Source: Chlorobiales bacterium Clorobi_01 (GTDB lineage Bacteria; Bacteroidota; Chlorobiia; Chlorobiales; Chlorobiaceae). Taken from it: DNA of 64,000 nt. Positions 20,421 to 31,276 of the stretch are shown here, piece by piece. The notes under the pieces are model-generated. The model worked only from the letters and a program-made list of their open reading frames with translations, did not search any database and was not told the origin of the DNA. The stretch spans positions 632,438-696,437 of the forward strand of contig LUZT01000006.1 of the NCBI GenBank assembly GCA_001602925.1, read 5' to 3'. Every line of letters starts with the position of its first letter. The first letter of the stretch is position 1. The translations under genes and the position numbers were made by a program.

Positions 20421-21257
20421 ATGAATAATCTCGAATTGTCACTGATTGTTGGCGTCGGGGCCCTGTTCGCAGGAATGCTCGGCTCGCTGACAGGACTCGG
20501 CGGCGGAGTAGTCATCGTGCCGTTGCTCACACTCGGACTCGGCATCGATCTGCGCTATGCCGTCGGAACTTCGCTGGTCGCTGTCATCGCGACTTCATCT
20601 GGCGCTGCTGCAGCCTACGTCAAGGAGGGTTTTTCGAATATTCGCATCGGCTTGTTCCTCGAAGTGGCCACCACCGTCGGCGCCCTTGTCGGCGCATTTC
20701 TTGCCGGTATGCTTGCGACCAATATCATCGCTATCATTTTCGGTCTCGTGCTGCTCTATTCGGCATACCTGTCAACCAAGGCCAAAGAGGATCACTCCGA
20801 TGATGTCAACCCCGATCCGCTGGCGACAAAGTTCAAACTGAACAGCAGCTATCCCACCGAAGAAGGCGTCAAGCACTACAGCGTACACAACGTCGGTGCA
20901 GGCTTCGGCCTGATGTGGCTTGCGGGAATTCTTTCCGGCCTGCTCGGTATCGGCTCGGGCGCGGTCAAGGTGCTCGCGATGGATCACGCCATGCGTCTGC
21001 CGTTCAAGGTTTCGACCACAACCAGCAACTTCATGATCGGCGTGACCGCTGCCGCCAGCGCCGGCGTCTATTTTCAGCGCGGCTATATCAATGCGGGGCT
21101 GACTTTTCCAGTCATGCTCGGTATTCTTGCCGGTTCGTTTATCGGTGCAAAACTCTTGATGGTCGCCAAAACGAAGTGGCTGCGGCTGATTTTCGGTGTG
21201 GTGATTTTTGCGCTCGGTCTCGAGATGATTTTCAACGGTATAACCGGGAGGATCTAA
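20421..21257 (+). CDS. TauE/SafE (DUF81) sulfite-exporter family membrane protein
   Basis: GSLTGLGGGVVIVPLL, GLLGIGSGAVKV, STTTSNFMIGVTAA. Confidence 0.92.
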   Translation: MNNLELSLIVGVGALFAGMLGSLTGLGGGVVIVPLLTLGLGIDLRYAVGTSLVAVIATSSGAAAAYVKEGFSNIRIGLFLEVATTVGALVGAFLAGMLATNIIAIIFGLVLLYSAYLSTKAKEDHSDDVNPDPLATKFKLNSSYPTEEGVKHYSVHNVGAGFGLMWLAGILSGLLGIGSGAVKVLAMDHAMRLPFKVSTTTSNFMIGVTAAASAGVYFQRGYINAGLTFPVMLGILAGSFIGAKLLMVAKTKWLRLIFGVVIFALGLEMIFNGITGRI

Positions 21258-21259
21258 CG

Positions 21260-21652
21260 ATGAACGTACACCCCAAACCTGAAATGAACGACCTGCGCAT
21301 GAAGGGCGTTATAGGCAATCTTCTGCGTGTTGGCGTGCTGCTTGCCGCATCGATTGTCCTCGTTGGAGGCATCCTTTTCCTGATCCACCACGGCGGTGAA
21401 CTTCCTGAATATCATATTTTTCACGGCTCATCATCGCCATTACGCACTATTCCGGGAGTCATTCATGGCCTGATGACATTCCAGAAGCGAGCCATCATCC
21501 AGCTTGGCCTGCTCCTGCTTATTCTGACGCCGGTCGCCAACGTGCTGTTTACTGTTTTCGCTTTCTGGGTGGAAAAGGACAAGCTCTATGTGGGCGTCTC
21601 CTCGCTCGTTTTTCTTTTTCTTCTCTTCAGTCTTTTCGGCGGCAAGTTTTAA
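21260..21652 (+). CDS. DUF1634-family membrane protein
   Basis: IGNLLRVGV...IIQLGLLLLILTPVANV; usual partner of TauE proteins; start 2 nt after the TauE stop. Confidence 0.85.
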   Translation: MNVHPKPEMNDLRMKGVIGNLLRVGVLLAASIVLVGGILFLIHHGGELPEYHIFHGSSSPLRTIPGVIHGLMTFQKRAIIQLGLLLLILTPVANVLFTVFAFWVEKDKLYVGVSSLVFLFLLFSLFGGKF

Positions 21653-21705
21653 ATTCGCTGCACGCTTGTTTCAGGGCCGCTTCATCGCGGCCCGTTTCAT
21701 TTTCA

Positions 21706-22062
21706 TCAGGCAGAAATCGCTTTTTTCCTGCCATTTTCATCGATGCTGACAAAGGTTATCCGGGTGGTGAACACCAGCTCTCTGCTACCGGTGGTGATCT
21801 CCTCTCTGGTCACATCCACGGTATATTCCACCGAGGTGGTGCCGACATGGTTTTTCTTCGACTCGAAGCAGAGAATGGTACCCTGCCGGATGCTTTTTTT
21901 GAACTTGATGTTGTCCATGCCGACCGTGACGAAGTTACAGCCGGGATAGTCGAGCGTCACGGCGATGTAGCTGACCTCGTCGATCCATTTGAGCAGATTG
22001 CCGCCGAACAGGAAACCGTAATGGTTGAGGTGTTCCGGCATCACGAGCTTGTATGTTTCCAT
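21706..22062 (-). CDS. Acyl-CoA thioesterase (hotdog fold)
   Basis: [40 protein letters not shown]. Confidence 0.92.
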   Translation of the reverse strand: METYKLVMPEHLNHYGFLFGGNLLKWIDEVSYIAVTLDYPGCNFVTVGMDNIKFKKSIRQGTILCFESKKNHVGTTSVEYTVDVTREEITTGSRELVFTTRITFVSIDENGRKKAISA

Positions 22063-22156
22063 GATTGTTGGTTTTGTAAAGTTTTTAGAAAATAGGGGTT
22101 ATAAGTTCTGTAGGTTAAATGAACGATTTCCTCGACTTGTTCAACTACATAATTCA

Positions 22157-23785
22157 TCATTCTCTTAACGGCTTGACCATGAGCACCTGCTCCCGCTCGA
22201 TGATGACGTTGCCGGGGGTTTTGCGGTCTTTTTTGAGGTATTTCTTCTGGGTGCAGATGACCGGTACCAGTTCGGAGTGCTTTGCCGATGAATGCCACGC
22301 GGCGATTTCGGCGGCGCGTTGAATTTCTGATGTGTGGTGCATGGCCGCGCCTTTGAGCACGCAGTGCGAGCCTGACGCGCCTCTGGCGTGAAGCCAGAGG
22401 TCGTCGGGTTTGGCGAAGCCGAAGGTGAGTTTCTCGTTGTTCGCGGAATTTCTGCCGATGTAGAGGGTGATTCTGTCGCTGATCGGCATCGTCCTGAACG
22501 GTGGCGTTTTCTCCTTTTTGTTCTTGCCGTTGCCTGATGCTCGTCCGCCGGAGGACGAGCCGGTTTCTAGTGCCTGCTGCAAGCGATCAGTGGACTCGGC
22601 TTCGTCGAGTGTGGCGAGTTTCTGGCGGAGATGGTCGAGTTCCGCGCGGAGTTCGGCGCGGCGGAGCTTTAGCGCCGCGGCTTTTTTGCAGTTTTTCGTC
22701 GCCTGCGTGAAGTACCACGCGGCGTTTTCCTGGAGGTTGAGACCGCGTTTGAGGGGAATCGTCACGTCGGGTGAGCCGGGTTCGAAAAGGTTCGGCACCG
22801 TCACCGCGGCGTCCAATGGCTCGATTGCGCCGATGGCCCCAGTGAGCAGGTGGCCGTATCGTTCGTTGCGCTGCGAAATCTCCTCCGGATCGTGTCCGGC
22901 ACTCGCTGCGAGTTCCTTCTCAAGCTTGCCGATCTTCGCCGCCAGCTCTCGCCGCATCGCCACGGCGCGTTCCCGCAAGTGGAGGTGGCGGTACATCTTG
23001 CGGCTGTAGTGGTTTAGCGCGTCGATGACGCTCTCGAGGGTGACCGCCTCATCCTCCGGCGCGGGCGGAAAGAGCGAAAATGCGGGCGGCTCGCCGGGAT
23101 TTTCGATAACGCACGGGGTGGGCGAGGCGAGATCGTAGAAGATGGCGACGAATGCCTCGTGGAGCTGTTCGGGCGCTTCGCCCTCGGCAGTCGCCAGGAG
23201 CCGCCGGACAAGCTTGCGGTCGAATCCAGGTAGCATCGCGAGCAGCCGCCGGTCGAGTGGCACCGTGCTGTCGCCCTCTTCAAGCTTCCGCCGGAACAGT
23301 GCCGGGTCGGAGGCGAGCTGCTCCAGCGCCCGGAAATACGGCGTGCCGGCAGTCGTCTCCCCGAACGGCGTATTTTCGAGCTTGCGCGCATCCTTGAAGG
23401 CATCGACGATTACGCCGTCGCGCACGAGCAGCATGTTGGTTTCGGCGCTGAACATCCGCAGCACGAGCGTGTGTCCGTCGTCGAGCAGGAAGCTGATCTG
23501 CCGGTCGGCGGGCGAGATCGCCACGCCCGTGACCTGCCGTTCATAGACCTTGGTCATGATGCCCGCCGTGTTGCGATTCTTGCGGTTCAGTCCCTCGCGA
23601 GTGTAGAGCGAGAAGTGCGGCGAGCGCACGGTGACAATGAGTTGCAGATGCTCGCCCTCCTGCGTGACGAAGGCGAGCGTGAGTTCGTTTTTTTGCTGCG
23701 AATGGATTTCGAAGAGGTAGCCGTCCGCAAGCCGGTCGTGCAGCTCTGCGGCTGCGTGGTAAAGCGTAAAGTAGTTGCGGAGCAT
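22157..23785 (-). CDS. NFACT family protein (RqcH/FbpA-like ribosome quality control factor)
   Basis: Start MLRNYFTL; [11 protein letters not shown]; C-terminal [19 protein letters not shown]...[13 protein letters not shown]. Confidence 0.9.
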   Translation of the reverse strand: MLRNYFTLYHAAAELHDRLADGYLFEIHSQQKNELTLAFVTQEGEHLQLIVTVRSPHFSLYTREGLNRKNRNTAGIMTKVYERQVTGVAISPADRQISFLLDDGHTLVLRMFSAETNMLLVRDGVIVDAFKDARKLENTPFGETTAGTPYFRALEQLASDPALFRRKLEEGDSTVPLDRRLLAMLPGFDRKLVRRLLATAEGEAPEQLHEAFVAIFYDLASPTPCVIENPGEPPAFSLFPPAPEDEAVTLESVIDALNHYSRKMYRHLHLRERAVAMRRELAAKIGKLEKELAASAGHDPEEISQRNERYGHLLTGAIGAIEPLDAAVTVPNLFEPGSPDVTIPLKRGLNLQENAAWYFTQATKNCKKAAALKLRRAELRAELDHLRQKLATLDEAESTDRLQQALETGSSSGGRASGNGKNKKEKTPPFRTMPISDRITLYIGRNSANNEKLTFGFAKPDDLWLHARGASGSHCVLKGAAMHHTSEIQRAAEIAAWHSSAKHSELVPVICTQKKYLKKDRKTPGNVIIEREQVLMVKPLRE

Positions 23786-23854
23786 GGACTTGAATGGTTG
23801 CGAAGGCGCTTTCTTTCCTCTATTTTCCTGAAACAATCTAAACACAAGATAGCA

Positions 23855-24382
23855 ATGCAGGAAGAAAGCAAAAGTGGTTGCTGCTGCGGATCGTCCTCCG
23901 GTCAGCACGATAGCGATGGGGCAGAAAAGCGGCTCGGGTGGCACGAATATTTCATGTGCGTGGCGCACCTCATTTCGCGCCGGGCGACCTGCACGCGGGG
24001 GCACATCGGCGCGGTGATCGTGCGCGACAACAACATCCTCTCGACCGGTTACAACGGCGCGCCCTCCGGCCTGCCTCACTGCAACGAGACCAACTGCAAA
24101 ATCTACCGCAGCACCCACCCCGACGGCACGGTCGAGGAGAACTGCGTCAATACGATCCACGCCGAGATCAACGCCATCGGGCAGGCGGCCAAGCATGGCG
24201 TATCGATCAAGGACGCCGACATTTACATCACGGCTAGCCCCTGCATCCACTGCCTGAAGGTGCTCATCAATGTGGGCATCAAGACGATCTACTACGACAA
24301 GCCCTACAAGATCGAGCACATCGCCGAATTGCTGCGCTTGTCGGGCATCAGGCTGGTGCAGGTCAACGCCGTCAACTGCTGA
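23855..24382 (+). CDS. dCMP/cytidine deaminase family protein (ComEB-like)
   Basis: [35 protein letters not shown] zinc motif. Confidence 0.93.
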   Translation: MQEESKSGCCCGSSSGQHDSDGAEKRLGWHEYFMCVAHLISRRATCTRGHIGAVIVRDNNILSTGYNGAPSGLPHCNETNCKIYRSTHPDGTVEENCVNTIHAEINAIGQAAKHGVSIKDADIYITASPCIHCLKVLINVGIKTIYYDKPYKIEHIAELLRLSGIRLVQVNAVNC

Positions 24383-24390
24383 TCGGAAAG

Positions 24391-25518
24391 ATGGGTATGG
24401 CAACGAATCCAGCGTTAGCGGCGTGTCCGGAGGATGAAACTTACATGCGGCGCTGTCTCGAACTGGCTGAACGCGCCGCGGGCAGCGTGAGCCCGAATCC
24501 GATGGTCGGTTCAGTGATCGTCTGCGCTGGGCGAGTCATCGGCGAAGGGTGGCACCGGCAGTACGGCGGTCCGCACGCCGAGGTCGACGCCATCGCCTCG
24601 GTCGAGGACGAATCGCTGCTTCGGCAATCGACGCTGTACGTCAATCTGGAGCCGTGTTCCCACTATGGCAAGACGCCGCCATGCGCTGATCTGATTGTCG
24701 AGAAGCAAATTCCGCGCGTGGTTGTCGGGTGCCTTGATCCGCACGAAAAGGTGGCGGGCAAGGGGATCGCGAAGCTTCGTGAAGCCGGAATCGAGGTGAC
24801 GGTCGGCGTGCTCGAAGCGGAGTCCGAGCGCCTCAACGAGGCCTTCATGACCTCGCATCGAAAAGGGCGTCCCTTCGTGGCGCTCAAGACCGCGCAGACG
24901 CTCGACGGGCGTATTGCCACTTCGCTCGGCGCGTCGAAATGGATCACCGGCGAAGAGTCTCGGTGCGAAGTGCACCGCCTGCGATGCATCTATGATGCCG
25001 TTTTGTGCGGCGCTTCGACCGTGCTGGCGGATAACACCGAGCTTACCGTGCGTTTTTGCGCTGGCCGCCAGCCGTTGCGCGTGCTGCTTGATCCCCGGCT
25101 TCAAGTGCCGCACGAGTTCCGGATTTTCAACGACGCGGCCAAAACACTCGTCTTCGCACTTCGGGAAGAGGCCGATCCCGATCTTGTCAGGCAGCTCGAA
25201 GCGCGAGGCATCGAGGTGGCAACCGTCGGTGAGGCCGAAGGCAGTCTTGATTTCGCGGAGGTATTCGCGGAGTTGCACAAACGCCGTGTGCTCTCAGTGA
25301 TGGTCGAAGGTGGAAGCCGGTTGGCGGCGGCGATGGTCAGATCAGGTTTCGTCGATAAATACTACGTCTTCATCGCTCCAAAGCTGTTCGGTGGCGATGG
25401 CCTGGCGAGTTTCGGAGCGCTCGGCGTGACGCATCCCGATTATGCTGTCAAACTCAGCTTCAGCGGAATCCGGCGATTTGGCGAAGATCTTCTTCTCGAA
25501 GCATATCCGGTATACTGA
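24391..25518 (+). CDS. ribD: Bifunctional riboflavin deaminase/reductase RibD
   Basis: [42 protein letters not shown]. Confidence 0.98.
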   Translation: MGMATNPALAACPEDETYMRRCLELAERAAGSVSPNPMVGSVIVCAGRVIGEGWHRQYGGPHAEVDAIASVEDESLLRQSTLYVNLEPCSHYGKTPPCADLIVEKQIPRVVVGCLDPHEKVAGKGIAKLREAGIEVTVGVLEAESERLNEAFMTSHRKGRPFVALKTAQTLDGRIATSLGASKWITGEESRCEVHRLRCIYDAVLCGASTVLADNTELTVRFCAGRQPLRVLLDPRLQVPHEFRIFNDAAKTLVFALREEADPDLVRQLEARGIEVATVGEAEGSLDFAEVFAELHKRRVLSVMVEGGSRLAAAMVRSGFVDKYYVFIAPKLFGGDGLASFGALGVTHPDYAVKLSFSGIRRFGEDLLLEAYPVY

Positions 25519-25610
25519 TGGCCGGATTTTTTAAAAGCAAAAGCAACGGCAGGACGTCCCGCCGAAGCAACAACAATCAAGGCAGGGTCAACACTTCATC
25601 CGGAGGGTTC

Positions 25611-26012
25611 ATGAATAACAACGATCTTGGCAAGCTCCTGATCCGCTTGTGCGTCGGGGGGCTCATGCTGTTTCACGGCGTGTACAAGCTGATTCACGGC
25701 TACGGCTTCATTGCGGGCAAACTCAAGGCTGCGCATCTGCCAGTCTGGCTGGTTGCAGGCGTGCCGGTTGGTGAAGTGTTTGCTCCGCTGCTCATCGTGT
25801 TGGGCATTTACACCCGTCCCGCGGCGCTTGTCGAGGCATTTCTGATGGGTGTGGCCGTCTGGCTCGTTCACATGGGTCAGCTTACCGCGCTCGATCAGCA
25901 TGGTGGTTACGCCCTCGAACTGCAAGCATTCTACTTTTTTGGCTCCATCGCTATTTTCTTTCTTGGCGCTGGCCGCTACAGTATCTCGCGTGGCACGGGA
26001 AAGTGGAATTGA
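25611..26012 (+). CDS. DoxX family membrane protein
   Basis: [22 protein letters not shown]; ATG preceded by GGAGG. Confidence 0.9.
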   Translation: MNNNDLGKLLIRLCVGGLMLFHGVYKLIHGYGFIAGKLKAAHLPVWLVAGVPVGEVFAPLLIVLGIYTRPAALVEAFLMGVAVWLVHMGQLTALDQHGGYALELQAFYFFGSIAIFFLGAGRYSISRGTGKWN

Positions 26013-26036
26013 TGTCCCGCCAAATATAAACCGCTC

Positions 26037-26088
26037 ACTGAATTCTGTAATTCCGTTGTCATTCCTCGCCCGGATTACAGAATTCAGT
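26037..26088. repeat. 18-bp inverted repeat (terminator or MITE/REP-like)
   Basis: ACTGAATTCTGTAAT(T)CCG ... CGGATTACAGAATTCAGT between convergent genes. Confidence 0.6.
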
Positions 26089-26185
26089 ACCGGTAAGAAG
26101 CTCACCGGGAATGCTCTTCGATATAGTATGAAACAAGGTGTGTTGCCGGGACTCGCGGTATTGGCTTGTCCGGCTTCGCAAATCG

Positions 26186-26446
26186 TCAGGCGGCGCTGAC
26201 TTTCTGCAGTTTGACGATCGCCGCTTTTTTGGCGCGGCGGCCCTCATCCCACTCGCTGCCGAACATGGCAGCTTCACTGAGCTTGTCCATGATTGCTGTC
26301 AGGTTTTTGATCTGCCGTCTGTCAGCGCCTGCAAGTTCAGGTTTCACTTCGATTTTCAGAATCTCATTCTGCACACACTGGATTGCATCGAGAAATTTAT
26401 CCTCTTCGATATGCTTGAGGATGAGTTGTGCTACACTTACTGTCAT
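26186..26446 (-). CDS. Conserved hypothetical protein
   Basis: 86-aa helical ORF with normal composition; converges on doxX. Confidence 0.75.
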   Translation of the reverse strand: MTVSVAQLILKHIEEDKFLDAIQCVQNEILKIEVKPELAGADRRQIKNLTAIMDKLSEAAMFGSEWDEGRRAKKAAIVKLQKVSAA

Positions 26447-27398
26447 AGACGAACCACGATTACATGTTGTGTCGCGGTACGAATTTCAGCTCATACCATG
26501 ACACGATGATTGGTAAAAAGAGAAAAGGTAAACTTTTTGAGTGCTTACGACACGTACACTATTCGCTCGATATACGAATCTGTACGGTGCGAATATATCA
26601 GGTACAAATAAAAATTGCTAATCGTTTTTTATAACCTCGAAATAACCGCCGCAGGCAACAATTTTTTTATCGAGAAACCGGGATTCTGCCAATAACTTTC
26701 TTTCTTTTAATCATTTAGTTCCATTCGAGTCCCGGTGCCTTTGTTTTGATCTCACAGAGTGTGACGCCATTTTTGTGTTTTTTCTTGCAATGCATGCACG
26801 AATTCCTGATTGTTAGAGCACATAAGGCAAACGCCCCTGAGAGCCATTTTTTTTCGATCTGCTGTGCCTTTCCGTGCTGCCGGATTTATTGCAACGCCTT
26901 GCGGTTGCCGGTTTTTGATGTATTGAAGACCTTTGACGGGTTTGAATAAGCAGGTGCCGATGCAGCTGCAGATGTTTTTCGAAATCGTTCTTGCTGGTGG
27001 GAGCAAGTTGCTTTAATCTGCCCTTTTAACGTAGCCCGTGTTTCGCGGGAACTGGCAGTTCGGGATGTCTGAAGCTCTGCTTTTTTTGTGTCTTTGTTAT
27101 TCCAGAAATCCCGATCGATCTGGTGTGGATAATAAAGGTACCATTGAAAACGATAGACCACTTGTTGGGAGTATACGAAAAGGCATTCTCGAAGGGCATG
27201 GTATTTTTTGCTTTCAATATCTCGAAAATCGCAAACAAGTTAGTGACTACGAATGTGCCATCTGAAGTTTTGGCGAAAACTCTTCTTGATTGAAAATCTG
27301 CTGCTGATGCGGTACCTTGTTTCGCAAGCCGATAGCCGAGGGGAGGTGAAATGCTATCGACAGTGCGGTCATTGAAACAGAATACAGTAAGTACCATC

Positions 27399-28184
27399 GT
27401 GAATCACGTTTTTGAATTCAGCAATGTCAGCGCTTACCGTGGCGGAACGCAGGTGTTTGACGGGCTTGACCTGAGTATTCACATGGGGGAGAACACGGCG
27501 ATTCTCGGGCCGAACGGGTCAGGGAAGACGACGCTGATGAAGTTGATCTCTCGCGAAATCTATCCGGTTCATGCCGATGACTGCCGGATGACGGTCTACG
27601 GTCGCGACCGGTGGAACGTGGAGGAGCTGCGTTCCCGGCTCGGCATTGTTTCCCATGATCTGCAACAGAATTACGGGTCTTACGCCAGGGGACGGGATGT
27701 GATTCTTTCGGGATACTATTCTAGTATCGATACGTGGCCGCACCAGCTGTTCAGCGCTACTGACATTGATCGTGCCGAGGAGTTGATGCGGCAGCTCGGT
27801 GTCGAGGAGCTTGCCGACCGGCCGTTCGGCAAAATGTCCACCGGACAGCAGCGCCGTTTCCTGCTCGGGCGCGCGCTGGTGCATGGGCCTGAGGCGCTGC
27901 TGCTCGACGAACCGACCAGTGGTCTCGATATTTCGGCCTCGTTCCAGTATCTCGATACGGTACGAAAGCTCATGCAGCAGGGCACGCAGCTGATTCTCGT
28001 CACCCATCACATCCATGAAATTCCGCCGGAGGTCACGCGAGTCATCTTCATGCGCAAGGGGCGCGTCGTGGCTGATGGCGACAAAGAGGCCATACTGAAC
28101 TCGTCGAACGTTTCCAGCCTGTTCGGCTGTGGCGTTGAGCTGATCGAACGGAACGGCTATTACCAGGCGGTACCGGCGGGTTGA
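27399..28184 (+). CDS. ABC transporter ATP-binding protein (ModF-like, orphan)
   Basis: Walker A GPNGSGKT, signature variant MSTGQ, Walker B LLLDEP, H-loop VTHH. GTG start inferred. Confidence 0.9.
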   Translation: MNHVFEFSNVSAYRGGTQVFDGLDLSIHMGENTAILGPNGSGKTTLMKLISREIYPVHADDCRMTVYGRDRWNVEELRSRLGIVSHDLQQNYGSYARGRDVILSGYYSSIDTWPHQLFSATDIDRAEELMRQLGVEELADRPFGKMSTGQQRRFLLGRALVHGPEALLLDEPTSGLDISASFQYLDTVRKLMQQGTQLILVTHHIHEIPPEVTRVIFMRKGRVVADGDKEAILNSSNVSSLFGCGVELIERNGYYQAVPAG

Positions 28185-28329
28185 CATTATGAATTGAAAG
28201 GGGGACGAAGAATCTAATCTTCTTCTTCCATCCTGTTTGTTTTTTCCCAAGGAACGGAACGCCATCGCTTCCAGTTTATGGTGCAACTGCTTCTGAAATC
28301 TTCATCTAACCTCAACCATTGACATTATT

Positions 28330-28830
28330 ATGGCAACCATTACGCTCAAGGGAAATTCCATTCACACCGCAGGTGAGCTTCCCGCTGTCGGCAGTCAGCT
28401 TCCAGCGTTCACCCTCGTCAAAAGTGATCTTTCGGAGGTTTCGCCTGCCGATTTCGCTGGCAAGAAACTCGTGCTGAACATCTTTCCGAGTCTCGATACG
28501 GCTGTTTGCGCGGCTTCGGTGAGGCGCTTCAACAAAGATGCGGGCGAGCGGGGCGATGCTGTCGTGCTCTGCATTTCCGCCGATCTTCCGTTCGCGCAGG
28601 GGCGCTTCTGCACCACCGAGGGTCTCGAAAATGTGGTTTCCCTGTCGGTGTTCCGTTCACCGGAGTTCGGCGCGGACTATGGCCTGACCATTACCGATGG
28701 CCCGCTGAAAGGATTGCTCTCCCGTGCGGTGATCGTTACCGATGTTTCCGGCAAGGTGCTCTATGCCGAGCAGGTGCCCGAGATCGTACAGGAGCCGGAT
28801 TACGACAAGGCTCTGGCTGCGCTCGCCTGA
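28330..28830 (+). CDS. tpx: Thiol peroxidase (atypical 2-Cys peroxiredoxin)
   Basis: [32 protein letters not shown]. Confidence 0.97.
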   Translation: MATITLKGNSIHTAGELPAVGSQLPAFTLVKSDLSEVSPADFAGKKLVLNIFPSLDTAVCAASVRRFNKDAGERGDAVVLCISADLPFAQGRFCTTEGLENVVSLSVFRSPEFGADYGLTITDGPLKGLLSRAVIVTDVSGKVLYAEQVPEIVQEPDYDKALAALA

Positions 28831-29029
28831 TTGTCTGCTGACATTTCTCTCTCTGAGGCCATGCCGTCGCGTGACCGCATGGCTTCTGTTTTCCTGCCCG
28901 ATTTTTCATTTCAGCCACAGTATAACGCCTGTGATTTGAGTGGTATTACGTCTGTACTTCGTATCTTTTTCTCACATTGTTTCCCCTTGGTTTTTCGCGT
29001 TCCTCACTCATAACGCAAACCGCAAATCC

Positions 29030-30985
29030 ATGCCAAACCCCGATTCTCCAGCATTATCGCCGGTCGAACGCAGCCTCGCAGAAATTCGGCTTGCTGAACT
29101 GACCGCAGGCAAAACCTGCTATTCCTCCCCGGCCACCTGGGAGGATGAGGTGCTCTATTTCCTTATGCTTGACCGGTTTTCGGACGGCAGGGAGCATGGC
29201 GGCTTCAATGATGTCAGCGGAGCCCCGGTTGCTGCGGACGGGACGCGCACGACGCCGCTGTTCCGCATCGAGGCCGATGCGAACAACGCGGACTGGCAGC
29301 AGTGGTTCGAGGCGGGCCGGGGGTGGTGCGGCGGCACGATTGCCGGTATGCGCGACAAGCTCGGCTATCTGAAGCGGCTTGGCGTGACGGCGATCTGGGT
29401 CAGTCCGGTGTTCCGGCAGGTGACCGGCAGCGACTCCTACCACGGCTACGGCATTCAGAACTTCCTCGATGTCGATCCCCATTTCGGTACACGCGAAGAG
29501 CTGCGTGATTTCGTGGCTGACGCGCACCAGCTCGGAATCCGGGTGATCCTTGACATCATCCTCAACCACGCGGGCGACGTCTTCAGCTATCATGACAATC
29601 AGCCCTACTTCTATTACCAGGGCTGGCAGTGGCCGGTCAAGGGGTACAGGCTGAATCAGGGCGATGCGGGCAGCATTCCGTTCAGCGACGGAGAGGCTCA
29701 TCTGGAAATCTCGGTGGAGGCTGCGATCTGGCCGGTGGAGTTCCAGAGCGAGACGACCTGGACGATGAAGGGCGAAATCCGCAACTGGGACGGGTTTCCG
29801 GAGTACCTCCAAGGTGATTTCTGCTCGCTCAAGGACATCGATCACGGCTGGGCGCCGGACGACCCGGCAGAGAGCTGGGACCTCGAAAAGCGCATCAGCC
29901 TGTTCCGCCCCTCGGCGGCGCTCGATCACCTTATCAAGGTTTATCGATTCTGGATGGCGTATGCCGACATCGACGGCTTCCGGCTCGACACGGTCAAGCA
30001 CATGGAGCCGGGCGCGGTGCGCTACTTCGCCTCGGCGATCCACGAATTCGCGCAGACGCTCGGCAAGGAGAACTTTCCGATCATTGGTGAAATTACCGGT
30101 GGGCGCTCTTACGCGATGCAGATTCTTGATGTGACGGGTCTCGATGCGGCGCTTGGCATCGGCGACCTGCCGGACAAGCTCGAATTTCTTGTCAAGGGCT
30201 GGCGCAGTCCCGGCAATCCGGATACCTCCGAGCAGGAGGGGTATTTCGATCTCTTCTGTAACAGTCTGCTCGATGGCAAGAACAGTCATCAGTGGTACTC
30301 GAAGCACATCGTCACGATGATCGACGACCACGACCAGGTGGGCGAGCAGCGCAAGTACCGCTTCTGCGGCGACTCGCCCGAAAGCTGGAAGCTGCTCAAA
30401 GCCGCGCTGGGTCTGAACCTCGCCACCGAGGGTATCAGCTGCATCTACTACGGCACCGAGCAGGCGTTCAACGGAGCCGATCCGCGCAGCGATGATAATT
30501 CGTGGGGCGACGTGTTCCTGCGCGAGTGCATGTTCGGCGGGCCGTTCGGATCGCTGCAAAGCACGGGCCGGCATTTTTTCAACGAGGAGCATGAGGTCTA
30601 TCGCTTCGTGGGCAGGCTGGCGGAGTTCCGCAAAAGCGAAATTGCCCTGCGCCGTGGACGCCAGTATTTGCGAAAGGTTTCCGCGACGGGCAGCGAGGAC
30701 GATTTCGTCTATCCCCAGCTGGTTAATGGCGAGATGCACTGGGTGGTCGCCTGGTCGCGCATTTTCGCCGAGACGGAGTGCCTGTGTGCCATCAACACAA
30801 GCCTCGAACGCGAGCTGACAGTGTGGGCGGTGGCCGATCACCAGCTCAACCCGCCCGGCAAAACGATGCGCTGCGTTTTTTCGTCGTCACCGGAGCAGGA
30901 GGGCGAAGAGACGGAGGTCGCGCTGGCGTGCGGCTCGGCGGTGAAGATCACGGTGCCGCCCGGCGGATTCGTCGTCTATCGCTGA
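29030..30985 (+). CDS. Glycoside hydrolase family 13 (alpha-amylase family)
   Basis: SYHGY, DIILNH, GFRLDTVKH, IIGE, IDDHD, IYYGTEQ conserved regions. Confidence 0.93.
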   Translation: MPNPDSPALSPVERSLAEIRLAELTAGKTCYSSPATWEDEVLYFLMLDRFSDGREHGGFNDVSGAPVAADGTRTTPLFRIEADANNADWQQWFEAGRGWCGGTIAGMRDKLGYLKRLGVTAIWVSPVFRQVTGSDSYHGYGIQNFLDVDPHFGTREELRDFVADAHQLGIRVILDIILNHAGDVFSYHDNQPYFYYQGWQWPVKGYRLNQGDAGSIPFSDGEAHLEISVEAAIWPVEFQSETTWTMKGEIRNWDGFPEYLQGDFCSLKDIDHGWAPDDPAESWDLEKRISLFRPSAALDHLIKVYRFWMAYADIDGFRLDTVKHMEPGAVRYFASAIHEFAQTLGKENFPIIGEITGGRSYAMQILDVTGLDAALGIGDLPDKLEFLVKGWRSPGNPDTSEQEGYFDLFCNSLLDGKNSHQWYSKHIVTMIDDHDQVGEQRKYRFCGDSPESWKLLKAALGLNLATEGISCIYYGTEQAFNGADPRSDDNSWGDVFLRECMFGGPFGSLQSTGRHFFNEEHEVYRFVGRLAEFRKSEIALRRGRQYLRKVSATGSEDDFVYPQLVNGEMHWVVAWSRIFAETECLCAINTSLERELTVWAVADHQLNPPGKTMRCVFSSSPEQEGEETEVALACGSAVKITVPPGGFVVYR

Positions 30986-31106
30986 GGCGCGACGTCGTCT
31001 GTCAGTCAGGATAATCATGCAAAGTGGCGGAGTCGGGAGTTTTTCCGGCCCCGCCTTTTTTGTTACTATTGTTGTCAGATAAATGGTATTGCGGCTGTCT
31101 TAAAAC

Positions 31107-31243
31107 CTGGGAGCGTCAAGCTCCAGCTTGGCTATGGAGCCGAAGGCTCCAAATTATTCAGATTTCAGGACATTTTCGTGACGTAGATATATTAAGCAAG
31201 TTAGTGGATGAGAAAATGCCGAGCTGGAGCTCGGCGTTCCCAA
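31107..31243. repeat. REPIN-like element: two inverted 26-bp REP-like repeats with an 85-bp spacer
   Basis: CTGGGAGCGTCAAGCTCCAGCTTGGC (31107-31132) is the near reverse complement of GCCGAGCTGGAGCTCGGCGTTCCCAA (31218-31243). Confidence 0.65.
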
Positions 31244-31276
31244 GGGCATCACGAAAGAAACGAATCAAACAAATAT

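Noticed and set aside
23786-24403. N-terminal extension of the 748-aa NFACT ORF
   Set aside because: Overlaps the dCMP deaminase antisense; the family-typical start MLRNYFTL is at 23785.
29054-30841. 595-aa antisense ORF (and similar long shadows at 3247-4266, 31918-32919, 52562-53635)
   Set aside because: Each mirrors a well-supported gene on the opposite strand and reflects codon bias, with no domain signatures.
31024-31276. FMN riboswitch upstream of the riboflavin synthase gene
   Set aside because: No RFN consensus blocks recognisable; the structure here is explained by a terminator and the REP doublet.
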